This document shows, one piece after another, positions 26,549-38,455 of a stretch of DNA of 64,000 nucleotides (its first letter is position 1; each line of letters opens with the position of its first letter). The position numbers and the translations under genes are program-made. The notes beneath the pieces are model-generated. The model saw nothing but the letters and a program-made list of their open reading frames with translations. It was not told the origin of the DNA and searched no databases. This stretch comes from Bacteroidia bacterium (GTDB taxonomy: Bacteria; Bacteroidota; Bacteroidia; NS11-12g; UBA955): positions 834,827 to 898,826 of the forward strand of contig JBGAKR010000001.1 in assembly GCA_044224315.1 (NCBI GenBank), in the 5' to 3' direction.

Positions 26549-27592
26549 ATGGCCGCCGCCAAAGACATTCGCAATTTTTCCAAACCCGAAATGGAAGCCA
26601 TTTTTAAAGAAATGGGCTTACCCGCTTTCCGTGCCCGCCAGGTATACAAATGGCTATGGCAGAAAGGCGCAAGGGGTTTTGAAGAAATGACAGATTTGCC
26701 CAAGGATTTGCGCGTCAAACTCAGCGAAACTTTTCTGCTCAGGCCTGTGACCATTCACCTGGAACAAAAAAGTAAGGATGGCACCATAAAATGCGCATTT
26801 AAATTGCACGATGGTTTTTTTATTGAAGGCGTGCTAATCCCCACTGAAACCCGCATGACCGCCTGTGTGAGCAGCCAGGTGGGTTGCAGCCTCGATTGTA
26901 AATTCTGTGCTACCGGTTATCTCAAACGCGAAAGAAACCTCGATGCTTCTGAAATCTTCGATCAGGTTTGGCTGCTGAATAAATTGGCTATTGAAAATTA
27001 CGGTAAAGGGCTCGACAATATTGTGTATATGGGTATGGGTGAACCCCTTTTGAATTATGCAAACATGTGGCGAAGCGTGGAGCTCATAACCTCGGAAGAT
27101 GGCTTGCACATGAGCCCCCAACGCATTACCGTTTCTACTGCTGGCATTGCCAAAATGATAACCAAAATGGCCGATGATGGTGCCCGTTTTAACCTGGCCC
27201 TAAGCCTGCACGCTGCCAACAATCAAAAACGCAGTGCCATAATGCCCATCAACGAAAGCAATACCCTGGAGATGCTGGCAGAGGCACTTTTACATTGGTA
27301 CACCAAAACCGGCAACCGCCCCACCCTCGAATACGCGGTAATTGATGGTGTAAATGATGACTCCGAAGAATTGGACGAACTTGTAACCTTTGCCCGCAAA
27401 TTCCCTTGCAAAATCAACATGATTGAATACAACCCCATTTCATTGGCCCAATATAAAGCCACAGAAAAAAGCAAAATGGAACGCTTTGCCCATGGCCTGG
27501 AAATGCACAATTTAATCGTAAATATTCGCAGAAGCCGAGGCAGAGACATTGATGCTGCTTGTGGTCAATTGGTTAACAACAGCTTGAGCTGA
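26549..27592 (+). CDS. rlmN: Dual-specificity RNA methyltransferase RlmN
   Basis: SSQVGCSLDCKFCATG, MGMGEP, DIDAACGQL. Confidence 0.96.
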   Translation: MAAAKDIRNFSKPEMEAIFKEMGLPAFRARQVYKWLWQKGARGFEEMTDLPKDLRVKLSETFLLRPVTIHLEQKSKDGTIKCAFKLHDGFFIEGVLIPTETRMTACVSSQVGCSLDCKFCATGYLKRERNLDASEIFDQVWLLNKLAIENYGKGLDNIVYMGMGEPLLNYANMWRSVELITSEDGLHMSPQRITVSTAGIAKMITKMADDGARFNLALSLHAANNQKRSAIMPINESNTLEMLAEALLHWYTKTGNRPTLEYAVIDGVNDDSEELDELVTFARKFPCKINMIEYNPISLAQYKATEKSKMERFAHGLEMHNLIVNIRRSRGRDIDAACGQLVNNSLS

Positions 27593-27875
27593 CCAAATCA
27601 GTCCACTTTTATATACAAATCCCTCTATTTTCGTCAGAAAACTGTCAGTTTAGACACATACTGGTGGGTATTAATAAGTTAATAAACATTTTTTCCCAAC
27701 TTAATTTTGCTTTTTGACGAAAATGTGTAACTTGCACCCTTATTCCGGTGAGCTCTGGCAGGCTCCGACAACTTTTTATTCCAGAAACAATGCCAATGAA
27801 GCAACCCAGGTAGCTTCTTCGTTGTCAAAGAATAAACTGGATGAAAGTCCGGGATTTACAAACCACGGAGGGAAA

Positions 27876-30800
27876 ATGGCAAAATTTACGAGTAGAAAGA
27901 CTTGGTATCTACCAATGCTTTTGCTGCTGGCAGCGGCACTTGCACCAACAAAATCTTACGCAGCTTGCGGCAATGTTACACCCGCGTTTGGCTATTCCAA
28001 AAGCAGATCTTGCGGGGTTCCTGTAGTTATAACCTTATCCAATACATCCACGGGTGCCAGCCAAAATGTGGCTACCTACAGCTGGTATGTAGGCACTACA
28101 CTGATTAAAACTGTAGTGGGCAAATCCGGAACCAGCTATCAGATAAACACACCCGGATCTTATACCTTTAAACTGGTTGCCAAAGACACCGGTAAGGTGG
28201 GCTGTAAAGACAGCACCAGCGCTACCATCACTATCAATGCCAGCGGCCCTAAAATTATCGACGGCAATGGCATTACTTCCTATGCCCCCAGTTGGGACCA
28301 ATGCATTGCTACTACCGGCACACCCGATACTTTCGGCATCTTCGTTCAACCGAATGATACCCTGTTTAGCTATACAATTATTTGGGGAGATGCCTCAACC
28401 AACAGCACCGGCAGCCAGCTGCTGAAAACCCAGAAAATTTATCATAAATACTCCGCATTGGGCCAGTTTCCCATTATTATTATCAGCACCAAAAACGGTT
28501 GTACTGATAGTTTAAAGGGTATCGTCTCCAACGAACGAAACCCGGTTGCCGGGGTTATTGGGCCGCCCTCAGGTACAAATTCAGGTTGCGTTCCTTTGAA
28601 AGTACGGTTTATCAATAACTCTGTTAAAAGCTCACCCACCACCACATTCACTTGGGATATGGGCGATGGAACCAAATATATACTTCCTTCTTCTACTTAT
28701 AAAGATACACTTTACCATACCTACAAGAAAAGCACTTGCAGTGGGTCTGTTAAAGTAACCATGGACAATGCCTGTGGCAGCAGTTATTCTATTTGGAACC
28801 CGATCCAGGCCAGCAGTAAAGACACAGCCATCGTGGCACTGGCCAATCCGGGCAACTGCGATTTAACCAAAGATTTCCTTTTTGACAATAATTCGCAAAC
28901 CAAGTTTTGCGGTAGTCCAAACCCCCGTAAATACAAATTTTTATGGGGCGATGGAACCCAATCTTCATGGTTAAGCACCCAAGCCCAGCAAGCCCATAAA
29001 TTCAGTGCGCGTGGCACGTATACCATCCGTCTTATCGACTCAAACTCGTGCGGAATGGATACCGCCAAGCTCATTTGGACCATCGATTCTTTACCTAAAG
29101 CAAAAGCGAAAGGAACTCCCATTTCGGGCTGCTCACCACTATCTGTTTCACTCGATGATATCAGTACAGGCAAAGTACTGAGTCGCAGCTGGGATTTTGG
29201 TGATTTTACCGGTACTAGTTCCGCAAAATCTCCGGTGCACGTTTACACCTCAGGAGGTAAATACAATGCCATTTTAACCGTGGGTAATAACTGCGGCAAT
29301 GTAAAGGATACCGTTAAAATATCGGTACGGCAAAAGGTTAAAGCCGGTATAGGTTTTATATCGGGTGGATGCGCCCCTTATACGGTAAATTTTTCTAATA
29401 CTACCACGGCTGGATCGGCAGGTGCCGCCACCTATTATTGGGATTTCGGAGATGGAACTACATCTACAGCCACCAACCCCTCAAGCAAAACATATACAAC
29501 GCTTGGCAGCGTTACAGTAATGCTTATTGCCACTGACAGCTGTGGAAAGGATACTTTTAAACGCACTTTCTTGGTGCGCGACAAACCTACTGCCACCATT
29601 ACCGTGCTTTCCAACCGTATTTGTGTGGGTTCACCCATCGATATAGAGTTTAAAACCAGCGCCGTAAATACTGCCAACGTAATTTGGGGAGATGGCAAAG
29701 CCGGCACATCCTATTTTGGATTAGGCGGAGGTGTAAACAAAACCGTTACCCATACCTACGATTCAGCCAAAACATACATATTTGGCATTTATATGGTTGA
29801 TCCAAGCGGTTGCAGCGACACGGCTAAACTACCCATTACCATCAATCCCCGCCCAACCATCAACTTTACTTATACCCCTACCAATGGGTGTGGCCCGCTG
29901 GATGTGAAATTTACCAATACCAGTACCCATAATGGCATTGGAACCATTGCAAACATGACTTTCCTATGGAATTACAGCAATGGAACCAAAAGTTACGGAA
30001 AAGACTCATTGGCCCGATTTAACTATTTCAAAACCCGCGATACTATTTACCCGGTTAAACTCATTGGAACCAATAAATATGGCTGCGTAGATTCAAGTTC
30101 TAAATCGGTACGCGTTTATCCAAAACCACTCAGCAAATTTTCATTGAGTAACCTTAGCGGATGTGCACCCCTTGATATTACCACTACCAACAACTCTATA
30201 CCCTACGATACCGGCTCTATTGCCATTATGAAATTTGTATGGGATTTTGGCAACGGTAAAAAAGCCTACTCTAAAGATTCATCGGCACGCTACATAGCCA
30301 GTAAAACCAAAGATACCGTTTACACCATCAGCCTCATTGGCATATCCGAGCATGGTTGTATGGATACCAGTTACACCACAGTAAGGGTATACCCCAAACC
30401 CTTGTCGAGGTTTACACCTTCGGCCAGCAGTGGTTGTGGCCCGCTTAAAATCAATTACGGCAATACAAGTACCCCGTATGATACAGGCTCAATTTCCATT
30501 ATGACCTTCAACTGGGATTTTGGAAACCGCATTTCATCCACAGCTACTTACCCATCGGCAACCTATTCCGATAAAATAAATAACGATACCACCTACATTG
30601 TGAAGCTGATTGCCACCAGCGAGCATGGCTGCAAAGACACAAGTACCAAAAATATACTGCTGCACCCCAATCCTAAAATACAATACAATGTAAGCCAAAA
30701 TAATGGCTGCGGTCCATTGGCTGTGAACTTTACAAACAACTCCATCAACGGAACAAAATGGAGTTGGGAATTTGGGGCATACGGAAAAGATACCACCCGC

Positions 30801-32984
30801 AATCCGAAAAAGATATTCTATGGCAGACCCATTTTTGACAGTGTGGTGGTGGTAAAACTGAGCTCCATTTCAAAATTTGGTTGCTTTAGCGATACAGTTA
30901 CCGAAAAAATAACCGTAAACGGAACCCCGCTGGCTAACTACCTGGTGCTTAAAGATACCTTCTGTTTCCCCGACCCTGTGCAGTTCCTAAACCAAAGTTT
31001 GGCTTCGTATAACTACAAATGGGATTTAGGCGACGGTACCATTACCGCTACTACCAACCCCAAACATTTCTTTGGTAAATCAAGCAGCCCGTTTAAGGAT
31101 ACAACCTACTTCATCAAGTTGGTAGCTACCAGTCCATTTGGTTGCAAAGACACTGCCCGCGGTACCATGACTGTATTGCCATACCCGATTCCCAAATTTT
31201 CGGTAGACAATCCTGCCGGTTGCGCGCCGCATACAGTAAAATTCACCAACCAATCGGTAAACGTTAAAAGCTATTTCTGGATTTTTGGTGATGGTTATAC
31301 CAGCACAGCCGTGAATCCTTCGCATACCTTTGTGAACACCGGAATTAAGGATACCGCTTACCATGTGGTACTATATACCTACTCGGCCGACTGTGTAGAC
31401 TCTATTGGCATGTGGATACCGGTATACAAACCCTCTTACTCATTCTTCCGCACCGACCGTGTAAATCCTTGCGATGCAGGTTACTTCCAGTTCAATAGTT
31501 TTGCAGAAAATGCAGCTTCCGTATTATACAAATTCGGCGATGGGTCTACTTCATCCAATGTTAACCCACTGCACTTATTTGCAACTTCTCCTTACCAGGA
31601 TACCGGCTATACCATTACCCTGTATACTACCAGCCCCCGCGGTTGCACCGATTCATTTAAGCGTTCGGTAACCCTGGCTCAGCGTTTGCAAATTGGAATG
31701 AAAGATACCAGTTGGGCCCTGTGTGCGCCTGCCCTGGTTAAATTCACAAACTATACCAAGGGTGCAGTTACTTATATCTGGGATTTTGGCGACAACCAGG
31801 GAAGTGCTGCCCGCGACCCCTTGCATGAATACCAAAAATCGGGCGTATTTACCTATAAGCTTTTTGCCTTTGACCCCAATGGTTGTAAAGACAGCGTAAC
31901 CTCTGCAGGTACCATTCGTGTAGACCAGTCTCCGGTTGCTGATTTTGATTACAACCCGGGTAAAGGCCGCATGCCCAATGACAATCGCATATTCTTTACT
32001 TCTAAAGCCAAATCTACCATTCCAATCACATATCGCTGGGATTTTAGTGACCCCGCCGGTTCTCCTCCAACCTCAACGGCTATAAATCCTTCACATGACT
32101 TCAGTGACTCGGGAAATTTCGTTATCCGGTTAATTGTAGACAATGGTGGATGTACTGATACGGCTTACAATTCTGTACGCATAGAGCCTCCGTTCCCAAC
32201 CCCTGATTTTACGGTGGATAAAGACTCTGGTTGCCCGCAGCTTACGGTTAAGTTTACCAACATGAGTGTAAACTCCGATCGTTATATCTGGTTCTTTGGT
32301 GATGGTGACCGCAGCGAGGATAAAGATCCCGTGCACACCTATCGCTACAGCGGTTATTACGATGTTACACTGGTGGCAAAAGGCCCGGGTGGCGAAGGCA
32401 AAACCGAGAAGAAATACTACATTAAAGTGCTGAATGCGCCATTTACCTATTTCAATGTTACGCCTTCGGTGATGTTCCTGCCCTATGCCACTTTTACTAC
32501 GCGAAACCTTACAACCGGGGCAGTTGGGTATCAATGGAATGTTTACTATTCAAAAAATGGAGCCAACGTAGGCAAAAGCACCAAAACCGATCCTTATTTC
32601 ACCGTATTTGATACAGGTTACTACGATATTGAATTGATTTCGGTAAGTAACCAGGGTTGCTATGATACCTTATTGCTAACCAAACCTATATACGTAAATC
32701 CGAAAGGTATGTTGTACGTGCCCACTGCATTTACACCAACCCATGACGACCGAAATGAAATATTTAAACCCGATGTAACCAATGTGCAAAAAGAATACTA
32801 CCACTTTAGCATATACAACCGCTGGGGCGAAAAGGTATTCGAAACCCACGACCCCACCCAGGGATGGGATGGAACCAAAAACGGCAAACCCTGCCCAATT
32901 GGAGTATATGTATTTAAGGTGGGTGGTAAGTTCCTCAACGGGGATGATGTAGGCACCGAAGGGGTTGTAACACTCATTAAATAA
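27876..32984 (+). CDS. Large PKD-repeat surface protein with gliding-motility/T9SS type-B C-terminal domain
   Basis: About 16 W.FGDG-type PKD repeats; C-terminal VPTAFTP..D.RN..IYNRWG..WDG; likely start ATG 27876 followed by a signal peptide. Confidence 0.92.
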   Translation: MAKFTSRKTWYLPMLLLLAAALAPTKSYAACGNVTPAFGYSKSRSCGVPVVITLSNTSTGASQNVATYSWYVGTTLIKTVVGKSGTSYQINTPGSYTFKLVAKDTGKVGCKDSTSATITINASGPKIIDGNGITSYAPSWDQCIATTGTPDTFGIFVQPNDTLFSYTIIWGDASTNSTGSQLLKTQKIYHKYSALGQFPIIIISTKNGCTDSLKGIVSNERNPVAGVIGPPSGTNSGCVPLKVRFINNSVKSSPTTTFTWDMGDGTKYILPSSTYKDTLYHTYKKSTCSGSVKVTMDNACGSSYSIWNPIQASSKDTAIVALANPGNCDLTKDFLFDNNSQTKFCGSPNPRKYKFLWGDGTQSSWLSTQAQQAHKFSARGTYTIRLIDSNSCGMDTAKLIWTIDSLPKAKAKGTPISGCSPLSVSLDDISTGKVLSRSWDFGDFTGTSSAKSPVHVYTSGGKYNAILTVGNNCGNVKDTVKISVRQKVKAGIGFISGGCAPYTVNFSNTTTAGSAGAATYYWDFGDGTTSTATNPSSKTYTTLGSVTVMLIATDSCGKDTFKRTFLVRDKPTATITVLSNRICVGSPIDIEFKTSAVNTANVIWGDGKAGTSYFGLGGGVNKTVTHTYDSAKTYIFGIYMVDPSGCSDTAKLPITINPRPTINFTYTPTNGCGPLDVKFTNTSTHNGIGTIANMTFLWNYSNGTKSYGKDSLARFNYFKTRDTIYPVKLIGTNKYGCVDSSSKSVRVYPKPLSKFSLSNLSGCAPLDITTTNNSIPYDTGSIAIMKFVWDFGNGKKAYSKDSSARYIASKTKDTVYTISLIGISEHGCMDTSYTTVRVYPKPLSRFTPSASSGCGPLKINYGNTSTPYDTGSISIMTFNWDFGNRISSTATYPSATYSDKINNDTTYIVKLIATSEHGCKDTSTKNILLHPNPKIQYNVSQNNGCGPLAVNFTNNSINGTKWSWEFGAYGKDTTRNPKKIFYGRPIFDSVVVVKLSSISKFGCFSDTVTEKITVNGTPLANYLVLKDTFCFPDPVQFLNQSLASYNYKWDLGDGTITATTNPKHFFGKSSSPFKDTTYFIKLVATSPFGCKDTARGTMTVLPYPIPKFSVDNPAGCAPHTVKFTNQSVNVKSYFWIFGDGYTSTAVNPSHTFVNTGIKDTAYHVVLYTYSADCVDSIGMWIPVYKPSYSFFRTDRVNPCDAGYFQFNSFAENAASVLYKFGDGSTSSNVNPLHLFATSPYQDTGYTITLYTTSPRGCTDSFKRSVTLAQRLQIGMKDTSWALCAPALVKFTNYTKGAVTYIWDFGDNQGSAARDPLHEYQKSGVFTYKLFAFDPNGCKDSVTSAGTIRVDQSPVADFDYNPGKGRMPNDNRIFFTSKAKSTIPITYRWDFSDPAGSPPTSTAINPSHDFSDSGNFVIRLIVDNGGCTDTAYNSVRIEPPFPTPDFTVDKDSGCPQLTVKFTNMSVNSDRYIWFFGDGDRSEDKDPVHTYRYSGYYDVTLVAKGPGGEGKTEKKYYIKVLNAPFTYFNVTPSVMFLPYATFTTRNLTTGAVGYQWNVYYSKNGANVGKSTKTDPYFTVFDTGYYDIELISVSNQGCYDTLLLTKPIYVNPKGMLYVPTAFTPTHDDRNEIFKPDVTNVQKEYYHFSIYNRWGEKVFETHDPTQGWDGTKNGKPCPIGVYVFKVGGKFLNGDDVGTEGVVTLIK

Positions 32985-32999
32985 AATTGAATACAAAAT

Positions 33000-33026
33000 A
33001 AAAAAGGGCCATGAGGCCCTTTTTTT
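33000..33026. terminator. Bidirectional rho-independent terminator
   Basis: A6-GGGCC-atga-GGCCC-T7 between convergent genes. Confidence 0.9.
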
Positions 33027-33046
33027 ATACAATTTATTTAGTGGTT

Positions 33047-34039
33047 TTATTTCTGGTATTTGCCAAAATCCTTGTGGTTGGCTTGCTCGTATAAACGATC
33101 GTGGGGCAGTGATTTGAAATACTCATAGGTAATTTTCAAACCTTCAGCACGGTTTACTTTGGGTTCCCAATTTAGAATTTCCCTGGCGCGGCTGATATCT
33201 GGCTGACGTTGTTTTGGATCATCTACAGGCAGCGGATGGTAGATTACCTTTTGGGTGGTGCCTGTAAGTTTTATAATTTCTTCGGCAAATTGCGAGATCG
33301 TAATCTCATCGGGGTTGCCCACATTCACCGGGTAGACATAATCGCTAAGCAACAGGCGATAGATACCCTCTACCAAATCATCGACATAGCAAAAGCTGCG
33401 GGTTTGACTGCCATCGCCAAATACGGTTAAATCCTCGCCACGCAAAGCCTGGCCAATAAAGGCGGGCAGCACGCGTCCGTCATTGAGTCGCATACGAGGA
33501 CCGTATGTATTAAAGATACGCACTATTCGGGTTTCAAGCCCATGATAGGTATGATAGGCCATGGTAATGGCTTCCTGAAAACGTTTAGCCTCGTCGTAAA
33601 CACCCCTGGGACCTATGGGATTTACATTGCCCCAGTAATCTTCGTTTTGCGGATGCACCGTTGGGTCGCCATACACCTCGCTGGTGCTGGCTACCAGTAT
33701 GCGGGCATTTTTTTGTTTGGCCAAACCCAATAAATGGTGTGTACCCAGTGAGCCTACTTTCAGAGTTTGAATGGGAATCTTCAGGTAATCAATCGGGCTG
33801 GCAGGGCTGGCAAAATGCAAAATATAATGCAACTCGCCCGGCACATGCACAAACTTGGAAACATCGTGGTTGTAGAATTCAAAATTCTCTAGGTGCATAA
33901 GGTGCTCGATATTGCGCAAATCGCCTGTAATGAGGTTATCCATGGCCATTACATGATAGCCTTCAGCAATAAACCGGTCGCAAAGGTGTGAACCAAGAAA
34001 CCCTGCTGCACCTGTAATTAATACCCTTTTTCTGGTCAT
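33047..34039 (-). CDS. UDP-glucuronate decarboxylase (UDP-xylose synthase) family SDR
   Basis: [31 protein letters not shown]. Confidence 0.93.
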   Translation of the reverse strand: MTRKRVLITGAAGFLGSHLCDRFIAEGYHVMAMDNLITGDLRNIEHLMHLENFEFYNHDVSKFVHVPGELHYILHFASPASPIDYLKIPIQTLKVGSLGTHHLLGLAKQKNARILVASTSEVYGDPTVHPQNEDYWGNVNPIGPRGVYDEAKRFQEAITMAYHTYHGLETRIVRIFNTYGPRMRLNDGRVLPAFIGQALRGEDLTVFGDGSQTRSFCYVDDLVEGIYRLLLSDYVYPVNVGNPDEITISQFAEEIIKLTGTTQKVIYHPLPVDDPKQRQPDISRAREILNWEPKVNRAEGLKITYEYFKSLPHDRLYEQANHKDFGKYQK

Positions 34040-34113
34040 TCGGGTGCAAAGGTAAGTGTTGCAGCCAATATGGATTGAATGTAGAATTGCACTATTTTTG
34101 AATAAACAAGGCC

Positions 34114-35871
34114 ATGAAGTTTTTCAAACCACTTTTGTATCTTTCACTTTTAATGTTTGTTCAGCCAGCAGTGTCACAAATCAACAAGACGGGTTTTGAC
34201 CGTTACCAGATACTGGACCAGGATTATTTAGTGGGTTACCGAAGCGATTCGTTTTTTGTATGCAGCAATTCGGGCTATTTGCGGTTTTCGGGCAAGGGGA
34301 CGCCCATCCAGGCTCTTAACTACGACCTGTTAATTTTTGCGCGCGGCAATTCAAAAGGAATCATTCAATCCAGAATTTTTGAGGGCGATACTCTGCTGTT
34401 TCCACCGGTTTATAAATCCATCGACATAGAATCCCCGGAACTTATTGCTCTCATAAAACCAAATGGCAACACAGAGTGGTTGGATATTAATACCCGCGAA
34501 TTGCACAAACAAAAACCGGAGTCATTTACTGAAACATACTCGTCAAATGGTGATTTTATGCAGGATGGTACGTCCGGTTCAAATGCAGAAACTGAATTTT
34601 TATCTAACAACGATACATTTCGCGCTTCAAATGGAGATCTATACTACCGTGGACCATTTAGAGGCTCGCAGTATGCCATTCACCAAAGAGGGAAATACAT
34701 TGGAATTAGCAACGCTAATCATGGTCGTTTTCAGGAAATTATGCCCTGTATATATACCAAAACACAAAGTTTATTTGATTTTAATCCCAACAAACATATA
34801 ATTTTTTTTCAGTCCGACTCGGGCTATATAACCGCATGGACCGCCTATTACGCCGATTATAAACCCTTAATATCAGATAGCATAGAACTTTATAACTACA
34901 GTACTGAAGTTCGCCAAAAATTTTATTTTACACAAAAAAACAATGTGGTTTATATTAAAGAAAATGGTAAAACTCTACCTCTAATAAATATATATGTAAA
35001 TTCATCGACATGGAATTATACTACCTGGTTTTTTGAAACACCCCGCCGTACTTTTTACAATATAACAAACAATGGTCTTCCGCATCCCACGCTGATAAAA
35101 CCCGTGTTATCCGTTGAAAACACCATGATTTTCAGCGGATTGAAAAACAATACTGCCATAGAGGATGAAAAAGTATATTATTTATATAAACAAGGCATTT
35201 TTAGTGATGCAATCATTGACTATCAATTAAAAAAAGATTCTGGCGGTAACTCCTATTTATTTTATCGTTATGTTCAATCTCGCGATACCCTGCGCATTGA
35301 CTTGCGCTGGTATACCCGTTCCATTGAAAACGGAGTTTATGAAGTGCTGGATGGAGATGAAATATTTCGTAAAAATTCTGACAACACATGGGATGTTTTA
35401 TCACTGGATAAAACTGGCTATACCGTTAAAGCAACAGCCCTGCCTGATCTGCCAACTGCCTGTTTTTTAAAAGTGGGCAAATTTCAACTGTGTATGGGTT
35501 ATTGGGTAAAAATTGCTGCCAATAATTATTCATTATACAATGGTTTTCACAAATGTATTTATACCCAAATTAGTGACCCTGGTTTTTCAAAAATGACGGG
35601 TGTTTTTTCGGGTACAAACAGCAAAGGAAAATTTATTTGCCTGGGTGGGCTGGATGAGGGCGAAAATATTTATTACCTGCACCCGGGCGAATTACAATTT
35701 AACCATCCACACTATGTACGATTAAATTACAACGGTAAACTTGGCTATTTCAGCTATTGGAATCGGTTAAATATTCAGCCGAAATTTGATGAATTTACAT
35801 TTAATAAAAATATACTCATTGCCCGTGCCGGGCAGAAATATTATTTTTACGATACCGGAATTTTTAAATAA
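34114..35871 (+). CDS. Hypothetical secreted protein, beta-rich, weakly WG-repeat-like
   Basis: 585-aa ORF with signal peptide; GKYIGI..IMPCIY and NGKLGY..IQPKFD segments. Confidence 0.7.
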   Translation: MKFFKPLLYLSLLMFVQPAVSQINKTGFDRYQILDQDYLVGYRSDSFFVCSNSGYLRFSGKGTPIQALNYDLLIFARGNSKGIIQSRIFEGDTLLFPPVYKSIDIESPELIALIKPNGNTEWLDINTRELHKQKPESFTETYSSNGDFMQDGTSGSNAETEFLSNNDTFRASNGDLYYRGPFRGSQYAIHQRGKYIGISNANHGRFQEIMPCIYTKTQSLFDFNPNKHIIFFQSDSGYITAWTAYYADYKPLISDSIELYNYSTEVRQKFYFTQKNNVVYIKENGKTLPLINIYVNSSTWNYTTWFFETPRRTFYNITNNGLPHPTLIKPVLSVENTMIFSGLKNNTAIEDEKVYYLYKQGIFSDAIIDYQLKKDSGGNSYLFYRYVQSRDTLRIDLRWYTRSIENGVYEVLDGDEIFRKNSDNTWDVLSLDKTGYTVKATALPDLPTACFLKVGKFQLCMGYWVKIAANNYSLYNGFHKCIYTQISDPGFSKMTGVFSGTNSKGKFICLGGLDEGENIYYLHPGELQFNHPHYVRLNYNGKLGYFSYWNRLNIQPKFDEFTFNKNILIARAGQKYYFYDTGIFK

Positions 35872-37188
35872 TTATTTCAGCGTTTTTCTGCCAATGCTGT
35901 AATATTCAAAACCCTTACGCCTCATGGTTTCCAGGTCGAAAACATTGCGGCCATCGAATATTACTTTTTCTTTTAAACTGGCATTTAATGCATCAAAATC
36001 CGGTGTGCGGAATTCGGGCCACTCGGTAGCAATAATTAAGAAATCGGCCCCTTCCAATACACCATACTGGGTTTCGCTGAATTCAATAGTATCGCCTAAA
36101 ATGGCTTTTACATTGGGCATAGCTTCGGGATCAAACGCTTTTACTTTGGCTCCCAGGTGCAACAAATCGTCTATCATTTCCAAAGCCGGTGCCTCGCGGA
36201 TATCATCGGTATTGGGTTTGAATGCAAGGCCCCACATAGCCACCGTTTTACCACTCAGATTACTTCCAAACCGGCTGGTAATTTTGGGAATCAACACTTT
36301 TTTCTGCACCGCATTTACTTCTTCCACGGCTTTGAGAATATGGAAATCGTAATTTACCTCAGCTGCTGAATGAATGAGGGCTTTCACATCTTTTGGAAAA
36401 CAGCTGCCCCCATATCCGATACCCGGAAACAAAAAGCGCTTGCCTATGCGTGCATCCGAGCCAATGCCAAGGCGCACCATATCCACATCGGCGCCCATTA
36501 GTTCGCACAATCTGGAAATTTCATTCATAAACGAAATTTTAGCGGCCAAAAAACTGTTAGCTGCATACTTGGTTAGTTCTGCACTGCGCACATCCATAAA
36601 AATAAGCGGATTGCCCTGACGCACATAGGGTGCATACAATTCGGTCATTACCTGTTTGGCCCTATCGCTTTCTACCCCAATCACCACACGGTCGGGTTTC
36701 ATAAAGTCTTCTACGGCCACACCCTCACGTAAAAATTCGGGGTTAGAAACTACATCAAATTCACCGGTATAATTCTCTTCAATGGCAGCGCGCACTTTGT
36801 CGCCGGTTCCTACAGGCACAGTACTTTTATCTACCACCACTTTGTAATCGCCGGGTTTTAGTAATTTTCCAATATCCCTGGCCACACCCAGCACGTATTT
36901 CAAATCTGCGCTGCCGTCCTCACCCGGAGGGGTTGGCAACGCCAGAAAAATTACTTCGCATTGGGCAACAGCCTCACTCAGATTGTTTGTGAATTTGAGT
37001 CGACCCTCCTTTAGGTTCCGCTTAAACAATACCTCCAATCCGGGTTCAAAAATGGTAATCTGTCCGTTTTGCAGTTTTTCTACCTTAGACGCATCGATAT
37101 CAACACAAATCACATTATTACCGGTTTCGGCAAAACAGGTTCCACTAACCAAACCCACATACCCGGTTCCAACTACCGCTATTTTCAT
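35872..37188 (-). CDS. ugd: UDP-glucose 6-dehydrogenase
   Basis: GTGYVGL, SNPEFLREG, GYGGSCFPKD, FKPNTDDIRE. Confidence 0.95.
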   Translation of the reverse strand: MKIAVVGTGYVGLVSGTCFAETGNNVICVDIDASKVEKLQNGQITIFEPGLEVLFKRNLKEGRLKFTNNLSEAVAQCEVIFLALPTPPGEDGSADLKYVLGVARDIGKLLKPGDYKVVVDKSTVPVGTGDKVRAAIEENYTGEFDVVSNPEFLREGVAVEDFMKPDRVVIGVESDRAKQVMTELYAPYVRQGNPLIFMDVRSAELTKYAANSFLAAKISFMNEISRLCELMGADVDMVRLGIGSDARIGKRFLFPGIGYGGSCFPKDVKALIHSAAEVNYDFHILKAVEEVNAVQKKVLIPKITSRFGSNLSGKTVAMWGLAFKPNTDDIREAPALEMIDDLLHLGAKVKAFDPEAMPNVKAILGDTIEFSETQYGVLEGADFLIIATEWPEFRTPDFDALNASLKEKVIFDGRNVFDLETMRRKGFEYYSIGRKTLK

Positions 37189-38306
37189 GCGTTAAAATAT
37201 TGTTTTACGGTTTGGGTAATGAATGCAAGTTGCTCGGCTTCCATTTCGGTATGGATGGGCAATGACAGTACCCTTTTGCATAAATCTTCGGTAAGGGGCA
37301 TGCTTATATTTTGGGCGTAAGCCTGTTGTTGGTGCAAGGGCACCGGATAGTAAATCATAGAAGGTATGCCGTTAGCGGCCAGGTGCTTTTTCAATCCCTC
37401 GCGCATTTCGGCGGTTTCCAAAGTCATGGTGTATTGGTGAAAAACGTGGGTTGAATTTGCCGCCCTGGCAGGTGTTTTAATCTGGGGCACATTGCTGAAA
37501 GCCTGGTCGTAAAAATCTGCCACTTGCTGGCGTGCAGCGCAGAATGCATCCAAATGGCGCAGTTTAACATCCAAAATGGCGGCCTGCAAAGTATCCAGGC
37601 GAGAGTTTACGCCTATTACTTCGTGTATATATTTTACCTTTTGGCCATGGTTGGCCACCATTTTTATTTTCTCGGCCAAGATAGGATCATTCGTAAAAAT
37701 TGCACCCCCATCCCCATAACAACCCAGGTTCTTGGTTGGGAAAAACGAGGTGGTGCCTATATGGCCCATAGTGCCTGCACCGGCCTGGCGACCATCCGAA
37801 AAAGTATACTGCGAGCCGATAGCCTGTGCGGTATCTTCGATTACATACAGATTGTGGGCCTTGGCAATTTCCAAAATGGGCTCCATATCACAGGTTTGGC
37901 CATACAAATGCACCGGAGCAATCACACGAGTTTGGGGGGTAATGGCAGCCTTCAGACTTTCGATATCCATCAGGAAAGTATCGGCATATACCTCAACGAA
38001 AACCGGTTTTAGTTTTAACAGTAATATTACCTCAGAAAGCGCGGCATAGCCAAATGAGGTGGTGATAACCTCGGCTCCATCGGGCAAATCGAGTGCCATG
38101 AGGGCAATTTGGAGGGCATCCGTTCCATTGGCACAACCGGCAACAAAGCCTGCTCCGGTATAGTTTTTAAGGTTGTTTTCAAACGTAGCAACATCCGGGC
38201 CCTTGATGTAGGCACCTGAAAGTAATACGTTTTCAATGGCTGAGTCGATTTCCTGCTTCATTCGCAGGTACTGTGGTGGCAAATCCACCATTTGAATAGG
38301 ACGCAT
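37185..38306 (-). CDS. DegT/DnrJ/EryC1/StrS PLP-dependent sugar aminotransferase
   Basis: ANGTDALQIAL, PVHLYGQ, EDTAQ, SFFPTKNLG; likely start ATG 38306. Confidence 0.93.
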   Translation of the reverse strand: MRPIQMVDLPPQYLRMKQEIDSAIENVLLSGAYIKGPDVATFENNLKNYTGAGFVAGCANGTDALQIALMALDLPDGAEVITTSFGYAALSEVILLLKLKPVFVEVYADTFLMDIESLKAAITPQTRVIAPVHLYGQTCDMEPILEIAKAHNLYVIEDTAQAIGSQYTFSDGRQAGAGTMGHIGTTSFFPTKNLGCYGDGGAIFTNDPILAEKIKMVANHGQKVKYIHEVIGVNSRLDTLQAAILDVKLRHLDAFCAARQQVADFYDQAFSNVPQIKTPARAANSTHVFHQYTMTLETAEMREGLKKHLAANGIPSMIYYPVPLHQQQAYAQNISMPLTEDLCKRVLSLPIHTEMEAEQLAFITQTVKQYFNA

Positions 38307-38455
38307 CGGGCTGATTAAATAGGCGGGCAAAGATAATACCTGTAGCCCTCAGAATTTTTTCAAAGAATTTGTATTTTAGATAGAATTCAGTGTTTATTTT
38401 ACAAGACAGTTATAAAACCGTGGTAATTCTCTACTTTAAAATACGGATATTGCGG

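Noticed and set aside
30100-30660. Near-duplicate PKD units (PYDTGSI.IM.F.WDFGN twice)
   Set aside because: Ordinary domain duplication in an adhesin, diverged at synonymous sites
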